Counted from the first letter of the stretch, positions 29,449-42,321 are shown. The stretch: 43,930 bases of DNA from Bacteroidales bacterium (GCA_031552355.1 JAVBMO010000069.1:1-43930), one strand, 5' to 3'. Numbers and translations: made by a program. The notes: generated by a model not told the origin, from the sequence alone.

Positions 29449-30804
29449 TTATGCTGAAATCGAAGTTCCTCTACCTTTTATACGTCCTGATTTTGTCAAA
29501 CCATCATAGTGACGCATCAATAAGTGGCTTTCAATTTGTTGCAGAGTATCCAAAATAACCCCTACCAAAATCAACAATGAAGTTCCACCATAAAATTGAG
29601 CAAACTGTGAATTAACACCTATCAAGCGAACCAATGCCGGCAAAACAGCTACTAAGGCTAAGAAAATTGACCCCGGCAAGGTTACCTTAGATAAAATTCC
29701 GTCCATATATTCTGCCGTTTTCTTTCCTGGTTTAATACCCGGAATAAAACCACCGTTTTTCTTCATGTCATCAGCCATTTGATTTGGATTAATGGCAATT
29801 GCCGTATAGAAAAATGTGAAGGCTATAATCATAACGGCAAATACAAAGTTGTACCAAAATCCATTAAAGTCTGAGAATACAGATAAGAATCCCGTCATGC
29901 TACTGGTCGATGCAAAGCCTGCTAAAGTTACAGGCACAAACATGATAGCCTGAGCAAAAATAATCGGCATTACTCCGGCTGCATTTACTTTAATTGGAAT
30001 ATACTGACGAACACCGCCATATTGTTTGTTTCCTACAATACGTTTTGCATATTGTACAGGAATTTTACGGGTTCCTTGTACCAACAAAATACAAAGTAAA
30101 ATAACAACCAACAATATTACTATTTCAACCAAGAACATAATCAAACCACCGCCGGCATCTTCCATTCTTGAGGCAAATTCACCAAACAATGCAAAAGGCA
30201 AACGAGCCACAATACCCACCATAATCAACAGTGAAATACCATTACCTAAACCTTTTTCTGTAATACGTTCTCCCAACCACATTACAAATAGAGTTCCTGA
30301 AATCAACACAATCACACTGGAAACCCAAAAATAAACACTCGGTTGCAATCCCGTAAACGGATAAAACGCTGAATAATCACCTACCTGATGAAGCATATTA
30401 GTAATATATGCAGGTGCTTGAAGCGCTGTAATTGCCACGGTCAAAAAACGTGTCATTTGATTCATTTTACGTCTTCCGCTTTCACCTTCACGTTGCATTT
30501 TTTGGAAGTAAGGAACAATCATTACGAACAATTGTACAACGATTGAAGCTGTGATATACGGCATAATACCTAACGCAAATACAGATGCATTTGCAAAGGC
30601 ACCACCGGAAAACATATTCAATAAACCCAACACACCATCAGCAGATTGAGCTTTCAGGTGTGTTAATTTACTTGGATCAACTCCGGGAAGAACAACATAC
30701 GAACCTATACGGTAAACTAAAACTAAAGCTAACGTATAGAGAATCCGTTTGCGCAAATCCTCAATGCTCCAAATATTTTTTATGGTTGTTATAAATCTTT
30801 TCAT
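29449..30804 (-). CDS. secY: Preprotein translocase subunit SecY
   Basis: 451-aa polytopic membrane protein. ..LLNMFSGGAFANASVFALGIMPYITASIVVQL.. is the SecY signature. It lies between rplO and map. Confidence 0.97.
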   Translation of the reverse strand: MKRFITTIKNIWSIEDLRKRILYTLALVLVYRIGSYVVLPGVDPSKLTHLKAQSADGVLGLLNMFSGGAFANASVFALGIMPYITASIVVQLFVMIVPYFQKMQREGESGRRKMNQMTRFLTVAITALQAPAYITNMLHQVGDYSAFYPFTGLQPSVYFWVSSVIVLISGTLFVMWLGERITEKGLGNGISLLIMVGIVARLPFALFGEFASRMEDAGGGLIMFLVEIVILLVVILLCILLVQGTRKIPVQYAKRIVGNKQYGGVRQYIPIKVNAAGVMPIIFAQAIMFVPVTLAGFASTSSMTGFLSVFSDFNGFWYNFVFAVMIIAFTFFYTAIAINPNQMADDMKKNGGFIPGIKPGKKTAEYMDGILSKVTLPGSIFLALVAVLPALVRLIGVNSQFAQFYGGTSLLILVGVILDTLQQIESHLLMRHYDGLTKSGRIKGRGTSISA

Positions 30805-30812
30805 CAGAATAA

Positions 30813-31259
30813 TTAAATTGTTGTTGCACTACCACCATTTTGTTCTATAGCTGCTTTAGCTGTAGCTGTAAATGCGTGGGCTGTAACATTAATTTTTGTG
30901 GTAAGAGCGCCTCTTCCCAAAATTTTCACTCTGTCATTTGCAGAAACTAAACCGTTTTCTTGCAAAATTGCAGGAGTAACTTCAGTCAATTTTTTAGCTT
31001 GAATTAGAGTTTCCAAAGTGTCCAAGTTAATACCGGCATATTCCACTCTGTTACGGTTTTTGAAACCGAATTTAGGAACACGTCTGTACAATGGCATTTG
31101 ACCACCTTCAAACCCCACTTTTTGTGAGTATCCTGAACGTGATTTAGCTCCTTTATGACCTCTTGTAGAAGTACCGCCTTTTCCGGATCCTTGACCACGA
31201 CCAATTCTTTTGCTAGTCTTTACTGAACCTTTGGCTGGTTTAAGACAACTTAAATTCAT
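30813..31259 (-). CDS. rplO: 50S ribosomal protein L15
   Basis: ..[26 protein letters not shown].. is the glycine-rich L15 motif. Confidence 0.96.
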   Translation of the reverse strand: MNLSCLKPAKGSVKTSKRIGRGQGSGKGGTSTRGHKGAKSRSGYSQKVGFEGGQMPLYRRVPKFGFKNRNRVEYAGINLDTLETLIQAKKLTEVTPAILQENGLVSANDRVKILGRGALTTKINVTAHAFTATAKAAIEQNGGSATTI

Positions 31260-31287
31260 AATCTCTTATTTATTTTTCTGTAAATAA

Positions 31288-31467
31288 CTATTTTTCTTCA
31301 ATAACAATCAAGTGTTTTACTTTGTCTATCATTCCCAATACTTGAGGAGTACCTTGCACTTCTTTGCTATGATGAATTCTGCGTAACCCCAATGCAGCCA
31401 AAGTTTGTTTTTGACGTGCAGTTTGACCTATGCTACTTCTTACTTGTGTTATTTTTAATGTCTTCAT
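31288..31467 (-). CDS. rpmD: 50S ribosomal protein L30
   Basis: MKTLKITQVRSSIGQTARQKQTLAALGLRRIHHSKEV... I prefer the ATG at 31465-31467 over the longer ORF start at 31494, which would overlap rpsE. Confidence 0.9.
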   Translation of the reverse strand: MKTLKITQVRSSIGQTARQKQTLAALGLRRIHHSKEVQGTPQVLGMIDKVKHLIVIEEK

Positions 31468-31486
31468 TTTTTTCTCTTTATCAGGA

Positions 31487-32005
31487 TTATCCATTAAATA
31501 CTTTGTCCAAGCTAATACCTCTTAATTGAGCTATTGTAGCAGGATCTTTCATTGCCAACAAGGCATTGATTGTAGCTTTTACCACACTGTGAGGGTTTGA
31601 AGAACCTTTAGACTTAGCTAACACATCGGTAACGCCCACACTTTCCAATACAGCACGCATAGCACCCCCTGCAATTACTCCCGTACCGGGAGCTGCCGGT
31701 TTCAAGAAAACTTGAGCGCCGCTATATCTACCTGTTTGTTCGTGAGGTACTGTTCCTTTCAAAATAGGAATTTTTACCAAATTTTTCTTAGCATCATCGG
31801 CACCTTTAGAAACTGCAGATGCAACCTCTTTGGCTTTTCCCAAACCGTAACCCACTACGCCGTTTTCGTTTCCGATAACAACAATTGCTGAGAAACTGAA
31901 AGTTCTACCCCCTTTGGTAACTTTGGTTACTCTTTGGATGCTTACAAGCCTATCCTTAAATTCAATCTCGCTTGACTTTACTCTTTTTACGTTTACGTCT
32001 GTCAT
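31487..32005 (-). CDS. rpsE: 30S ribosomal protein S5
   Basis: ..[37 protein letters not shown].. is the S5 dsRBD-like domain. Confidence 0.97.
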   Translation of the reverse strand: MTDVNVKRVKSSEIEFKDRLVSIQRVTKVTKGGRTFSFSAIVVIGNENGVVGYGLGKAKEVASAVSKGADDAKKNLVKIPILKGTVPHEQTGRYSGAQVFLKPAAPGTGVIAGGAMRAVLESVGVTDVLAKSKGSSNPHSVVKATINALLAMKDPATIAQLRGISLDKVFNG

Positions 32006-32012
32006 AACTTCA

Positions 32013-32366
32013 TTAGAATTTTAATCCGTTTTCTCTGGCGCTATCTGCCAATGATTTTATTCTGCCGTGATAAAGATACCCGTTTCTATCAAAAACGACT
32101 GTGGCAATGCCATTTTCTCCGGCTCTTTCTGCAATAAGTTTACCTACTTTTGCTGCTATTTCTATTTTGGTTCCTTTGCTTTCAACAGCTTTTTCCAAAG
32201 AAGAGGCAGAAACAAGTGTAACACCTTTCACATCGTCTATCAATTGAGCTGAAATTTCTTTATTGCTGCGGAAAACGCTCAATCTAGGACACTCTGCTGT
32301 CCCACTTATTTTACTCCGGATTCTGAATTTCAATCCGATTCTTCGTATTTCTTTTTTTGTTGCCAT
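32013..32366 (-). CDS. rplR: 50S ribosomal protein L18
   Basis: [45 protein letters not shown]... I chose the internal ATG at 32364-32366; the ORF track starts 4 codons earlier. Confidence 0.93.
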   Translation of the reverse strand: MATKKEIRRIGLKFRIRSKISGTAECPRLSVFRSNKEISAQLIDDVKGVTLVSASSLEKAVESKGTKIEIAAKVGKLIAERAGENGIATVVFDRNGYLYHGRIKSLADSARENGLKF

Positions 32367-32393
32367 TATTATTTGCAATATTATGATTAGCTA

Positions 32394-32957
32394 TTACTTA
32401 GATGATGCAGATTTACCTGCTTTCTTACGTACAACCTCACCCGCAAAACGAATACCTTTTCCTTTGTATGGTTCTGGTTTACGCAAAGAACGGATTTTTG
32501 CCGCAACTTGTCCCAATAATTGCTTATCTATTGATTGCATCACAATTACAGGATTTTTACCTTTTTCGTTGATGGTTTCTACCTTAACTTCTTTAGGCAA
32601 TTCAAAGAAAACGTTGTGTGAAAATCCTAAAGCCAACTCCAACACTTGATCGTTAGCTTGAGCTTTGTAACCAACACCAATTACTTCTTGAGTGGTTTTA
32701 AATCCTTCAGAAACGCCTTTTACCATATTTGCTAACAAGGCACGATATAAACCATGCATTGCTCTGTCATGTTTTTGATCAGTTGCTCTTGTCAATGTCA
32801 AAAGAGCATTTTCTTTATCAAGTTCAAGCTTGATGCAAGGATCTATTGCTTGTTTTAATTCTCCTAAAGCTCCTTTTACAGTCACTACATTGTCTGCAGA
32901 AACAGCAATTTCAACACCTTTAGAAAGTTTTATCGGTAGTTTTCCAATTCTTGACAT
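32394..32957 (-). CDS. rplF: 50S ribosomal protein L6
   Basis: MSRIGKLPIKLSKGVEI.. and ..PEPYKGKGIRFAGE.. are L6 motifs. Confidence 0.97.
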   Translation of the reverse strand: MSRIGKLPIKLSKGVEIAVSADNVVTVKGALGELKQAIDPCIKLELDKENALLTLTRATDQKHDRAMHGLYRALLANMVKGVSEGFKTTQEVIGVGYKAQANDQVLELALGFSHNVFFELPKEVKVETINEKGKNPVIVMQSIDKQLLGQVAAKIRSLRKPEPYKGKGIRFAGEVVRKKAGKSASSK

Positions 32958-32989
32958 TTGTTTATCTCCTTAATTTATTCTCAACTTGC

Positions 32990-33388
32990 TTAGCTAACAT
33001 AACAAACAACTTCACCGCCTACTTTCATAGTTCTCGCTTCTTTATCTGTCATCAAACCTTTTGATGTAGAAACTATTGCGATTCCTAAGCCATTCAAAAC
33101 GCGAGGCAATTTTTCCGATTTCACGTAGCGACGCAAGCCCGGACTACTTATTCTTGTTAAAGTAGTAATTGCAGACATTTTGGTTACCGGATGGTATTTC
33201 AAAGCTATTTTTATGGTTTGTGGAAATGCTTCTTCCTCAAATTTGTAATTCAAAATATACCCTTTTTCAAAAAGAATTTTTGTAATTTCTTTTTTCATTT
33301 TTGAGGCAGGGATTTCAACAACGCGATGTTTGGCCATCACGGCGTTTCTCAAACGAGTCAAATAATCTGCTATTGGGTCTGTTACCAT
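32990..33388 (-). CDS. rpsH: 30S ribosomal protein S8
   Basis: [30 protein letters not shown].. is the S8 N-terminus. Confidence 0.97.
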   Translation of the reverse strand: MVTDPIADYLTRLRNAVMAKHRVVEIPASKMKKEITKILFEKGYILNYKFEEEAFPQTIKIALKYHPVTKMSAITTLTRISSPGLRRYVKSEKLPRVLNGLGIAIVSTSKGLMTDKEARTMKVGGEVVCYVS

Positions 33389-33426
33389 TGTATGAATTTT
33401 TTTAAGTCCCTTATAATCTTAATTTT

Positions 33427-33696
33427 TTACCAGCTGGCTTTCTTTACTCCGGGAATCAAACCGGCCAAAGCCATTTCTCTAAAGTTGATACGAGAAATAC
33501 CAAATTGACGCATATAACCTTTTGGTCTTCCTGTTAATTTACAACGATTGTGCAAACGAACCGGTGAAGCATTTTTAGGTAATTTTTGCAAAGCTTCATA
33601 ATCACCTGCTGTTTTCAGCGCTTCTCTTTTTGCTGCATATTTAGCAACCATTCTTTCTCTCTTGCGTTCTCTCGCTTTGATTGATTCTTTTGCCAT
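33427..33696 (-). CDS. rpsN: 30S ribosomal protein S14 (89 aa, no CxxC zinc motif)
   Basis: [28 protein letters not shown].. and the C-terminal ..[11 protein letters not shown]. Confidence 0.96.
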   Translation of the reverse strand: MAKESIKARERKRERMVAKYAAKREALKTAGDYEALQKLPKNASPVRLHNRCKLTGRPKGYMRQFGISRINFREMALAGLIPGVKKASW

Positions 33697-33701
33697 ATCT
33701 C

Positions 33702-34265
33702 TTAGTTGTTATTTTGATTTTTAAAAGGGAAACCAAATTGCTTTAACAATGATAAAGCTTCTTTATCTGTTTTGGCTGTGGTTACAAAGGTAATATCCAT
33801 TCCTTGGATTTTACTGATTTTATCAATATCAATCTCAGGGAAAATGATTTGTTCTGTAATACCGAAAGTATAATTTCCCCTTCCGTCAAAACCTTTGTCA
33901 TTGATACCTCTGAAGTCACGGATACGAGGAATAGATACCGAAATAAGACGGTCTAAGAACTCATACATGTGATCACCTCTCAAGGTAACTCTTGCACCAA
34001 TAGGCATTCCTTTACGAAGTTTGAAGTTAGAAATGTCTTTCTTTGATTTTGTAGGCACTGCTCTTTGGCCTGCAATTAAAGTCATTTCTTCAACACATTG
34101 GTCGATAACTTTTTTATCGGCAACGGCTGATTTACCCAAACCTTGGTTCAACGAAATTTTCACCAATTTAGGTGCTTGCATCACACTTGAATAGTTATAT
34201 TCTTTAACAAGTGCGGGAAGAATTTCTTCCTTATATTTCTTTTTTAATGAGGGTACGTATGTCAG
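33702..34265 (-). CDS. rplE: 50S ribosomal protein L5 (non-canonical start)
   Basis: The ORF track shows only the ATG-initiated part (33702..34184). The frame stays open upstream and encodes [27 protein letters not shown], the conserved L5 N-terminus. Back to the in-frame TAA (34290-34292) there is no ATG, GTG or TTG. Candidate starts are CTG 34263-34265 (overlapping the rplX stop) or ATA 34266-34268, preceded by the SD-like GGGGAGGT. Confidence 0.85.
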   Translation of the reverse strand: MTYVPSLKKKYKEEILPALVKEYNYSSVMQAPKLVKISLNQGLGKSAVADKKVIDQCVEEMTLIAGQRAVPTKSKKDISNFKLRKGMPIGARVTLRGDHMYEFLDRLISVSIPRIRDFRGINDKGFDGRGNYTFGITEQIIFPEIDIDKISKIQGMDITFVTTAKTDKEALSLLKQFGFPFKNQNNN

Positions 34266-34582
34266 TATTTTATAACCTCCCCTGATTTTTTAGAATAACG
34301 AACTAATTTTTGTTTCTTTTCATCTATTCTTCTACCTATGCGTGTAGCATTACCACTGCCATCAACCACCATTAGGTTAGAGATATGAATAGGTGCTTCT
34401 TTTTCAACAATACCGCCTTGAGTATTTTTAGCGTTGGGTTTGGTGTGTTTTTTAATTTTGTTCACACCTTCAACAATAGCACGGTTCTTCTCAGGAATAA
34501 CAAAAAGTACCTTTCCTGATTTTCCACGAGAGTTTCCCGCGATAACCTTCACTGTGTCCCCTTTTTTTACGTGTAATTTCAT
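34262..34582 (-). CDS. rplX: 50S ribosomal protein L24
   Basis: [26 protein letters not shown].. is the L24 KOW motif. Confidence 0.97.
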   Translation of the reverse strand: MKLHVKKGDTVKVIAGNSRGKSGKVLFVIPEKNRAIVEGVNKIKKHTKPNAKNTQGGIVEKEAPIHISNLMVVDGSGNATRIGRRIDEKKQKLVRYSKKSGEVIKY

Positions 34583-34605
34583 ATCTTTTTTTATATTTTC
34601 TTAAA

Positions 34606-34974
34606 TTACAACACTTCAGGTGCTAATGAAACAATTTTCATAAACTGTTTTTCACGCAATTCACGAGCAACAGGTCCAAAAATACGGGTTCCTCTCATTT
34701 CCTCGTTTGCATTCAACAAAACAATAGCATTGTCATCGAAGCGGATGTAAGAACCATCGGCACGGCGAACTTCTTTTTTTGTTCTAACCACCACGGCCTT
34801 TGAAACAGATCCTTTTTTCACGTTTCCTGAAGGTGATGCATCTTTTATGGCAACAACGACTTTATCTCCTAAAGAAGCATATCTTCTTTTCGTTCCACCA
34901 AGCACCCTGATACATAGTGCGCTTTTGGCACCGCTATTATCAGCAACAACTAATCTTGATTCTTGTTGTATCAT
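34606..34974 (-). CDS. rplN: 50S ribosomal protein L14
   Basis: [17 protein letters not shown]....RVLGG.. is the L14 signature. Confidence 0.97.
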   Translation of the reverse strand: MIQQESRLVVADNSGAKSALCIRVLGGTKRRYASLGDKVVVAIKDASPSGNVKKGSVSKAVVVRTKKEVRRADGSYIRFDDNAIVLLNANEEMRGTRIFGPVARELREKQFMKIVSLAPEVL

Positions 34975-34976
34975 AA

Positions 34977-35231
34977 TTATTTAGCTCTTTCTATAATTTC
35001 AACTAATCTCCAACATTTATTTTTGCTCAACGGCCTTGTTTCCATAATGCGAACTGTGTCGCCTATGTTACAATCATTTTTTTCGTCGTGAGCCATAAAT
35101 TTTGTACTTTTACGCACAAACTTACCGTACTTTGGATGTTTTACCTTGCGTTCTACACAAATGACAATGGATTTATCCATTTTATTGCTAACAACAAGAC
35201 CTATTCTTTCTTTTCTTAAATTTCTTTCCAT
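34977..35231 (-). CDS. rpsQ: 30S ribosomal protein S17
   Basis: ..[34 protein letters not shown].. is the S17 sequence. Confidence 0.96.
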   Translation of the reverse strand: MERNLRKERIGLVVSNKMDKSIVICVERKVKHPKYGKFVRKSTKFMAHDEKNDCNIGDTVRIMETRPLSKNKCWRLVEIIERAK

Positions 35232-35266
35232 TTCTTTATCTTGGATTAGATTCTATTTTCTTAGGC

Positions 35267-35473
35267 TTACTTTGACAGTTCGGCAAGTTCTCTCTTACGA
35301 ATTTCCGTCATCAAACGTGCAATTGTTTTTCTGCTTTGTGTAATTTTATTCGGATTTTCTATGGGCGAAATAGCGTGATTCAATTTCATTTTTCCCAAAA
35401 GAGCTTTTTCCCCTTCTAATCTTTCATGTAACTCTGCAACAGAAAGCTGGCTTATAACAAATTCTTGTTTCAT
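35267..35473 (-). CDS. rpmC: 50S ribosomal protein L29
   Basis: ..LSVAELHERLEGEKALLGKMKLNHA..; lies between rplP and rpsQ. Confidence 0.92.
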   Translation of the reverse strand: MKQEFVISQLSVAELHERLEGEKALLGKMKLNHAISPIENPNKITQSRKTIARLMTEIRKRELAELSK

Positions 35474-35485
35474 TGCATTTATTTA

Positions 35486-35911
35486 TTAAACTTCTTCAAC
35501 ATAATCATTTCTCACAACAAACTTTGTAAGAACAGGTAATTTTTGAGCTGCTAAACGCAAAGCTTCTTTTGCTATTTCCATTGGAACTCCTTCTGCTTCG
35601 AAAAGTACTGTTCCCGGATAAATACGAGCAACGAAATACTCAGGTGCTCCTTTTCCTTTACCCATACGAACCTCGTTAGGTTTTTTGGTAATTACTTTAT
35701 CAGGAAATACACGAATCCAAATTTGTCCTTCACGTTTCATGTAACGAGTTACCGCTTGACGTGCTGCTTCTATCTGACGACCTGTAAGGAAATTCGCTTC
35801 CAATGATTTTATTCCGAAAGATCCGAAAGCCAATTGATGACCTCTGCTGGCAACGCCTTTGATTCTTCCTTTTTGCTGTTTTCTATATTTTGTCTTTTTC
35901 GGCTGTAACAT
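35486..35911 (-). CDS. rplP: 50S ribosomal protein L16
   Basis: [19 protein letters not shown].. is the L16 N-terminus. Confidence 0.97.
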   Translation of the reverse strand: MLQPKKTKYRKQQKGRIKGVASRGHQLAFGSFGIKSLEANFLTGRQIEAARQAVTRYMKREGQIWIRVFPDKVITKKPNEVRMGKGKGAPEYFVARIYPGTVLFEAEGVPMEIAKEALRLAAQKLPVLTKFVVRNDYVEEV

Positions 35912-35934
35912 TGTCCGTAGGTATTAAAATATTA

Positions 35935-36675
35935 TTAACCTCTTTTTGTATTCGTTTTGCGTGCTCCATTTGAAGCAGCTGGTCTTCCACCTGTTTGAGG
36001 TGCTCTTGTTTCTTTTACACCACCTACCGAAGAAGGAACAATTTCTCTTTTTCCGTAAACCAAACCTTTGCAAATCCAAACTTTTACTCCAATTCTTCCG
36101 TAAGTTGTGTGCGCTTCTGCTTGAGCATAGTCTATATCTGCACGGAAAGTATGTAATGGGGTACGACCTTCTTTGTAATGTTCTCTACGTGCCATTTCAG
36201 CTCCTCCAATACGTCCTGACACAGAAACTTTAATTCCTTCGGCGCCAACTCTCATACTGGATGCGATAGCAGTTTTGATTGCTCTACGGTATTGAACACG
36301 TCCTTCGATTTGTTTAGCAACTGAAGCAGCTACCAATACAGCATCCAATTCAGGGCGTTTTACTTCAGAAATATTGATTTGAACTTCTTTTGCAGTAAGT
36401 TTTTTCAACTCTTCTTTTAGCTTATCAACCTCTTGACCACCTTTACCAATAATCAAACCTGGTCTAGCAGTGTAAATGGTTACTGTCAAAAGCTTTAAGG
36501 TTCTTTCAATATAAATCTTAGAGATACTAGCTTTGGCTAAACGAGCATTCAGATATTTTCTTATTTTATCATCTTCAACCAATTTGTTGTCAAATCGTCT
36601 GCCGCCATACCAATTGGAATCCCATCCACGAATGATTCCTAATCTATTACCTATTGGGTTCGTCTTTTGTCCCAT
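35935..36675 (-). CDS. rpsC: 30S ribosomal protein S3
   Basis: [23 protein letters not shown].., with KH and S3-C domains. Confidence 0.97.
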   Translation of the reverse strand: MGQKTNPIGNRLGIIRGWDSNWYGGRRFDNKLVEDDKIRKYLNARLAKASISKIYIERTLKLLTVTIYTARPGLIIGKGGQEVDKLKEELKKLTAKEVQINISEVKRPELDAVLVAASVAKQIEGRVQYRRAIKTAIASSMRVGAEGIKVSVSGRIGGAEMARREHYKEGRTPLHTFRADIDYAQAEAHTTYGRIGVKVWICKGLVYGKREIVPSSVGGVKETRAPQTGGRPAASNGARKTNTKRG

Positions 36676-36699
36676 TCTATAAAATACTTTTAATTGTTT

Positions 36700-37137
36700 T
36701 TATTCTTGTACCTCAGCTGCTGAATCAACAAACGCTTTGTCTTCTACTCTGCTTCCTAAAACAAGGGTGATGTGTGAAGAACGTTTTTTAATTCTGTAAC
36801 CTCTTCCTTGTGGTGCGGTGCGAAGTCTTCTTAACTGACGGCCGCCATCAACCCAAATAGATTTTACATATAGTTCGTTATCTTCGATACGTTTACCTTC
36901 ATTTTTATTTTGCCAGTTAGCAATTGCCGAAAGTAATAATTTACGCATTTTCGGTGCCGATTCTTTTGCACTGTATTGCAAAACAGCCAACGCTTTGTCT
37001 GCATCTAATCCGCGAATAAGATCCGCAATTAAACGAGTTTTTCTCGGAGAAGAAGGATTATTGGCCAATTTAGCCATATAAATTGTCTTCTTAGCTTCTT
37101 TTAGCTCCGTGGCTTTCAGATGTTTTCTTGCTCCCAT
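36700..37137 (-). CDS. rplV: 50S ribosomal protein L22
   Basis: ..PSSPRKTRLIADLIRGLDADKALAVLQYS.. is the L22 sequence. Confidence 0.96.
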   Translation of the reverse strand: MGARKHLKATELKEAKKTIYMAKLANNPSSPRKTRLIADLIRGLDADKALAVLQYSAKESAPKMRKLLLSAIANWQNKNEGKRIEDNELYVKSIWVDGGRQLRRLRTAPQGRGYRIKKRSSHITLVLGSRVEDKAFVDSAAEVQE

Positions 37138-37151
37138 TTCTACAACAATTG

Positions 37152-37430
37152 TTATTTTTTACCTTTATCTTTTTGTCCTGCGTGTCCGCGGAATATGCGC
37201 GTTGGTGCAAACTCACCTAATTTATGTCCAACCATATTTTCTGTTACATAAACCGGAATAAATTTATTTCCGTTGTGAACAGCGATTGTTTGCCCAACAA
37301 AATCAGGGGAAATCATTGATGCCCTTGACCACGTTTTAATGGTGGTTTTTTTGTTTGTTTGCTGAGCTTGCAAAACTTTCTTTTCTAATTTGTAGAATAT
37401 ATATGGACCTTTTTTTAATGAACGGCTCAT
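37152..37430 (-). CDS. rpsS: 30S ribosomal protein S19
   Basis: [19 protein letters not shown].. and ..[16 protein letters not shown].. Confidence 0.97.
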   Translation of the reverse strand: MSRSLKKGPYIFYKLEKKVLQAQQTNKKTTIKTWSRASMISPDFVGQTIAVHNGNKFIPVYVTENMVGHKLGEFAPTRIFRGHAGQKDKGKK

Positions 37431-37452
37431 CTTTCCTTATATTAAGTAATTA

Positions 37453-38277
<825 letters not shown>

Positions 38278-38280
38278 GTC

Positions 38281-38577
38281 TTAATTAATATTGCTGAAAA
38301 AATCTATTGTTTCACCTTTTGCCAACGTTATCACTGCTTTTTTGAAAGCAGGTGTACGACCTGATATATATCCGGTTTTTGTATAACGAGACTTCGCTTT
38401 TCCTTTGTAGTTCATTGTATTTACGTCATCTACTTTAACGCCATACATATCTTCTACTGCTTGTTTGATTTGAATTTTATTAGCATGCTTTGCTACAACA
38501 AATCCAAACCTGTTGGAAAATTTTTCTGTTGTATGGGTTGCCTTTTCACTAATAATAGGCTTCACTATAATGTTCAT
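38281..38577 (-). CDS. rplW: 50S ribosomal protein L23
   Basis: ..IIVKPIISEKAT.. and position between rplD and rplB. Confidence 0.95.
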   Translation of the reverse strand: MNIIVKPIISEKATHTTEKFSNRFGFVVAKHANKIQIKQAVEDMYGVKVDDVNTMNYKGKAKSRYTKTGYISGRTPAFKKAVITLAKGETIDFFSNIN

Positions 38578-38605
38578 CGCTTTAGTTTTCTATTTGTCCA
38601 ACCTG

Positions 38606-39238
38606 TTATTTTTTTGCAAGCACTGTTGCTAATTCATTCACCGAATCTTCTAATATCACCAAATTTGAGTACTTCAAAATATCATAAGTATTTACATTTG
38701 AAGAAATTACAACTTTGATGTTTTGTATATTTCGGGCTGACAAAGATACAAAATTATTTGGCTTTCCAATAATAAAAAGTGATTTTTTTTCAGAAATTTT
38801 TAAATTATTTAAAATTTCTATCATCGCTTTTGTCTTAGGAGCCTCAAATTCAAAGTTTTCAAGAACAGTTACTGAATTCTCTGATAGTTTGTAGCTGAAA
38901 GCCGATTGACGAGCTAAAACTTTTAGCTTTTTGTTTAATTTGAATCTATAATCTCTAGGTTTAGGACCGAAAGCTCTACCACCACCTACTAAAAGAGGGC
39001 TATTGATATCACCAATACGAGCTCCGCCACCACCTTTTTGACGTCTTAATTTTTTTGTACTTCCGGAAACTTCAGAACGGTCTTTTGATTTGTGAGTTCC
39101 TTGTCTTTGATTTGCTAAATATTGTTTAACATCCAAATAGATAGCGTGATCATTAGGGGTTATTCCGAAAATCGAGTCATCAAGAACTACAGTTCTTCCT
39201 GTCTCACTTCCTTTGATATTATATACTTTTAGCTCCAT
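38606..39238 (-). CDS. rplD: 50S ribosomal protein L4
   Basis: ..[39 protein letters not shown].. is the L4 signature. Confidence 0.97.
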   Translation of the reverse strand: MELKVYNIKGSETGRTVVLDDSIFGITPNDHAIYLDVKQYLANQRQGTHKSKDRSEVSGSTKKLRRQKGGGGARIGDINSPLLVGGGRAFGPKPRDYRFKLNKKLKVLARQSAFSYKLSENSVTVLENFEFEAPKTKAMIEILNNLKISEKKSLFIIGKPNNFVSLSARNIQNIKVVISSNVNTYDILKYSNLVILEDSVNELATVLAKK

Positions 39239-39858
39239 CTCTGTAATTTTAAAATTGTTCCTTTAGGTCCTGGTACAGATCCTTTAATCAATATTAAGTT
39301 CTTTTCAGGGAAAATTTTGATTACTTCAAGGTTTTGTACTTTTACTTTCTTTCCACCTGTTCTTCCTGCCATTCTTAAACCTTTAAAAACGCGAGAAGGA
39401 TATGAAGATGCACCTACTGAACCGGGTGCACGCAAACGGTCATGCTGACCGTGGGTTTTATCACCTACCCCACTAAATCCGTGGCGTTTGATTACCCCTT
39501 GAAATCCTTTTCCTTTTGAGACACCCACAACATCCAAAAACTCTCCTTCTTGAAAAACTTCTACAGTAACAACTTCACCAAAGTTTTTTCTACTTCCTTC
39601 TTCAAATCTGCTGAATTCAGCGATGTATCTTTTTGGAGTAGTGTTCGCTTTTGCAAAATGTCCTTGTAGGGCTTTTGTGGTGGCTTTTTCTTTTTTCTCT
39701 TCGAACGACAATTGAATTGCTGAATAGCCATCGTTTTCAATGGTTCGAATCTGCGTTACTACGCATGGACCTGCTTCAACTACAGTACATGGAATTTGTT
39801 TTCCGTCTGCATTGTAAATACTGGTCATCCCGATTTTCTTTCCTAATAATCCTGACAT
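39229..39858 (-). CDS. rplC: 50S ribosomal protein L3
   Basis: [39 protein letters not shown]... It overlaps the rplD start by 10 nt. Confidence 0.97.
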   Translation of the reverse strand: MSGLLGKKIGMTSIYNADGKQIPCTVVEAGPCVVTQIRTIENDGYSAIQLSFEEKKEKATTKALQGHFAKANTTPKRYIAEFSRFEEGSRKNFGEVVTVEVFQEGEFLDVVGVSKGKGFQGVIKRHGFSGVGDKTHGQHDRLRAPGSVGASSYPSRVFKGLRMAGRTGGKKVKVQNLEVIKIFPEKNLILIKGSVPGPKGTILKLQRWS

Positions 39859-39913
39859 CTTTTTTTTAATTTAATCAGCTGTTTATATCTCTATAATCTC
39901 GACTGATGTTTTA

Positions 39914-40219
39914 TCAAACTTTAATTTCGGCTTCAACTCCACTGGGCAATTCCAATTTCATTAAAGCATCAATTGTTTTTGCTGAAGTGCTGTAAATATC
40001 CAACAATCTTTTGTAAGAAGATAACTCGAATTGCTCTCTCGATTTTTTGTTTACGAAAGTAGAACGATTCACTGTAAAAATCTTTTTATTTGTTGGTAAT
40101 GGAATAGGTCCATTCACCACTGCACCTGTAAGCTTTACGGTTTTCACAATTTTCTCAGCTGATTTATCAACCAAATTGTGATCGTAAGATTTTAGCTTAA
40201 TTCTGATTCTTTGACTCAC
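39914..40219 (-). CDS. rpsJ: 30S ribosomal protein S10
   Basis: ..[23 protein letters not shown].. is the S10 sequence. It lies only 17 nt downstream of fusA. Confidence 0.97.
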   Translation of the reverse strand: MSQRIRIKLKSYDHNLVDKSAEKIVKTVKLTGAVVNGPIPLPTNKKIFTVNRSTFVNKKSREQFELSSYKRLLDIYSTSAKTIDALMKLELPSGVEAEIKV

Positions 40220-40236
40220 GTTCTTAAGATTTAATA

Positions 40237-42321
40237 TTAATTATTATTCTTCAATACTGTATCAGTTACATCTTTAGGAGCTTCGGCATAGTTTGAAAAC
40301 TCCATACTTGAGCTTGCACGTCCGGATGTAATGGTTCTTAATGAGGTTACATAACCGAACATTTGAGCCAATGGCACTTTTGCTTTTACGGCTTGAGAAC
40401 CTACTTTTGCTGTAACACTTTCCAATAAACCTCTACGTCTGTTCAAGTCGCCGGTAACATCTCCTAAATAAGCATCCGGTGTAACTACTTCAAGGCTCAT
40501 GATCGGTTCTAAAAGAACCGGTTTTGCTTTTCTAGCAGCTTCTTTGAAACCTATTTTTGCACAAAGTTCGAAAGACAATGCATCAGAGTCCACTGCGTGG
40601 AATGATCCGTCAATTATTCTAACTTTGAAGCCTTCCATTGGGAATCCTGCCAAAACACCATTTGACATAGCTTGTTTAAAGCCTTTTTCAATAGCCGGCA
40701 TAAATTCCTTAGGAATATTTCCACCTTTCACTTCATTAACGAATTCAAGGCCTTTTTTGCCTTCTGAGTTTGGTGAAATTTCGAAAATAATATCTGCAAA
40801 TTTACCACGACCACCACTTTGTTTTTTGTAAACTTCACGGTGTTGGAATGAACCTGTGATAGCTTCGCGATAAGCCACTTGTGGGGCGCCTTGATTGCAT
40901 TCAACGTTAAATTCACGTTTCATACGATCTACAAGGATATCCAAGTGCAACTCACCCATACCGCTGATTACGGTTTGGCCTGAAGCTTCATCTACTTTTA
41001 CTTTAAATGTCGGATCTTCTTCCGCTAATTTAAGTAAAGCATTGTTCATTTTATCAATATCACCTTGTGTTAAAGGCTCAATTGCAATAGAAATAACCGG
41101 CTCAGGGAAAGACATTGATTCCAATATAATTGGCTTGCTTTCATCACAAAGCGTATTTCCTGTTTTTATTTCTTTGAAACCAACAGCTGCACCTATATCC
41201 CCTGCTTCGATTCTGTCCATAGGATTTTGCTTGTTGGCATGCATTTGCATGATACGAGAAATACGTTCTTTTTTATCGGTTGATGCATTGTAAACATAAG
41301 AACCGGCTTCCAAAGAACCTGAATAAACACGGAAGAAACAAATACGGCCTACATAAGGGTCTGTTGCAATTTTAAATGCCAAAGCTGAAAATGGCGCTTT
41401 AGGATCTACTGCTCTTATTTCTTCTTCGTCGGTATCAGGATTGATACCTTTTACACCACCACCATCAAGAGGTGAAGGCAAGTATTCCATTACTGCATCT
41501 AACAATGACTGAACACCTTTATTTTTGAATGAGGCTCCGCAAAGAACCGGAGTAATACGCATTTCCAAAGTGGCTTTACGTATTTGTGCCATCATTTCCT
41601 CTTCTGTGATAGAATTGGGATCTTCAAAGAATTTAGCCATCAAAGCATCATCTTCTTCGGCACAACCTTCTACCAATTTTTGACGATATTCTGCTGCAAT
41701 TTCTTTCAAGTCTTCCGGCATTGGAATTTCGTAGAATTCCATTCCATTGGTTTTTTCATCCCAAATCAAAGCTTTGTTGCTTACCAAATCCACCACTCCT
41801 TTGAACATGTCTTCTTGTCCGATAGGAATTTGCAATGGAATAGGATTAGCTCCCAAGCGTTCTTTAATTTGTGCCAAAACATTGAAAAAGTCGGCACCGG
41901 CGCGGTCCATTTTATTTACAAAAGCAATTCTTGGAACGCCGTATTTATCTGCTTGTCTCCAAACAGTTTCTGATTGAGGCTCAACACCACCTACTGCGCA
42001 GAACAATGCCACAGCACCATCCAAAACACGCAAAGAACGTTCTACTTCAACAGTAAAGTCAACGTGTCCCGGAGTGTCAATGATATTAATTTTATATTGG
42101 TTGTTTTTGTAATTCCAAAATACAGTAGTAGCAGCAGAGGTAATAGTGATACCACGTTCTTGCTCTTGAGCCATCCAATCCATGGTGGCACCGCCTTCGT
42201 GTGTTTCACCTATCTTGTGTGTCTTTCCTGTAAAGAATAAGATACGCTCAGTTGTTGTCGTTTTACCGGCATCAATGTGAGCCATAATCCCAATGTTTCT
42301 CGTAAAATCTAATTTTGCCAT
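40237..42321 (-). CDS. fusA: Translation elongation factor G
   Basis: 694 aa. Contains [23 protein letters not shown] and NKMDR GTPase motifs plus EF-G domains III-V. It lies between rpsG and rpsJ. Confidence 0.97.
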   Translation of the reverse strand: MAKLDFTRNIGIMAHIDAGKTTTTERILFFTGKTHKIGETHEGGATMDWMAQEQERGITITSAATTVFWNYKNNQYKINIIDTPGHVDFTVEVERSLRVLDGAVALFCAVGGVEPQSETVWRQADKYGVPRIAFVNKMDRAGADFFNVLAQIKERLGANPIPLQIPIGQEDMFKGVVDLVSNKALIWDEKTNGMEFYEIPMPEDLKEIAAEYRQKLVEGCAEEDDALMAKFFEDPNSITEEEMMAQIRKATLEMRITPVLCGASFKNKGVQSLLDAVMEYLPSPLDGGGVKGINPDTDEEEIRAVDPKAPFSALAFKIATDPYVGRICFFRVYSGSLEAGSYVYNASTDKKERISRIMQMHANKQNPMDRIEAGDIGAAVGFKEIKTGNTLCDESKPIILESMSFPEPVISIAIEPLTQGDIDKMNNALLKLAEEDPTFKVKVDEASGQTVISGMGELHLDILVDRMKREFNVECNQGAPQVAYREAITGSFQHREVYKKQSGGRGKFADIIFEISPNSEGKKGLEFVNEVKGGNIPKEFMPAIEKGFKQAMSNGVLAGFPMEGFKVRIIDGSFHAVDSDALSFELCAKIGFKEAARKAKPVLLEPIMSLEVVTPDAYLGDVTGDLNRRRGLLESVTAKVGSQAVKAKVPLAQMFGYVTSLRTITSGRASSSMEFSNYAEAPKDVTDTVLKNNN

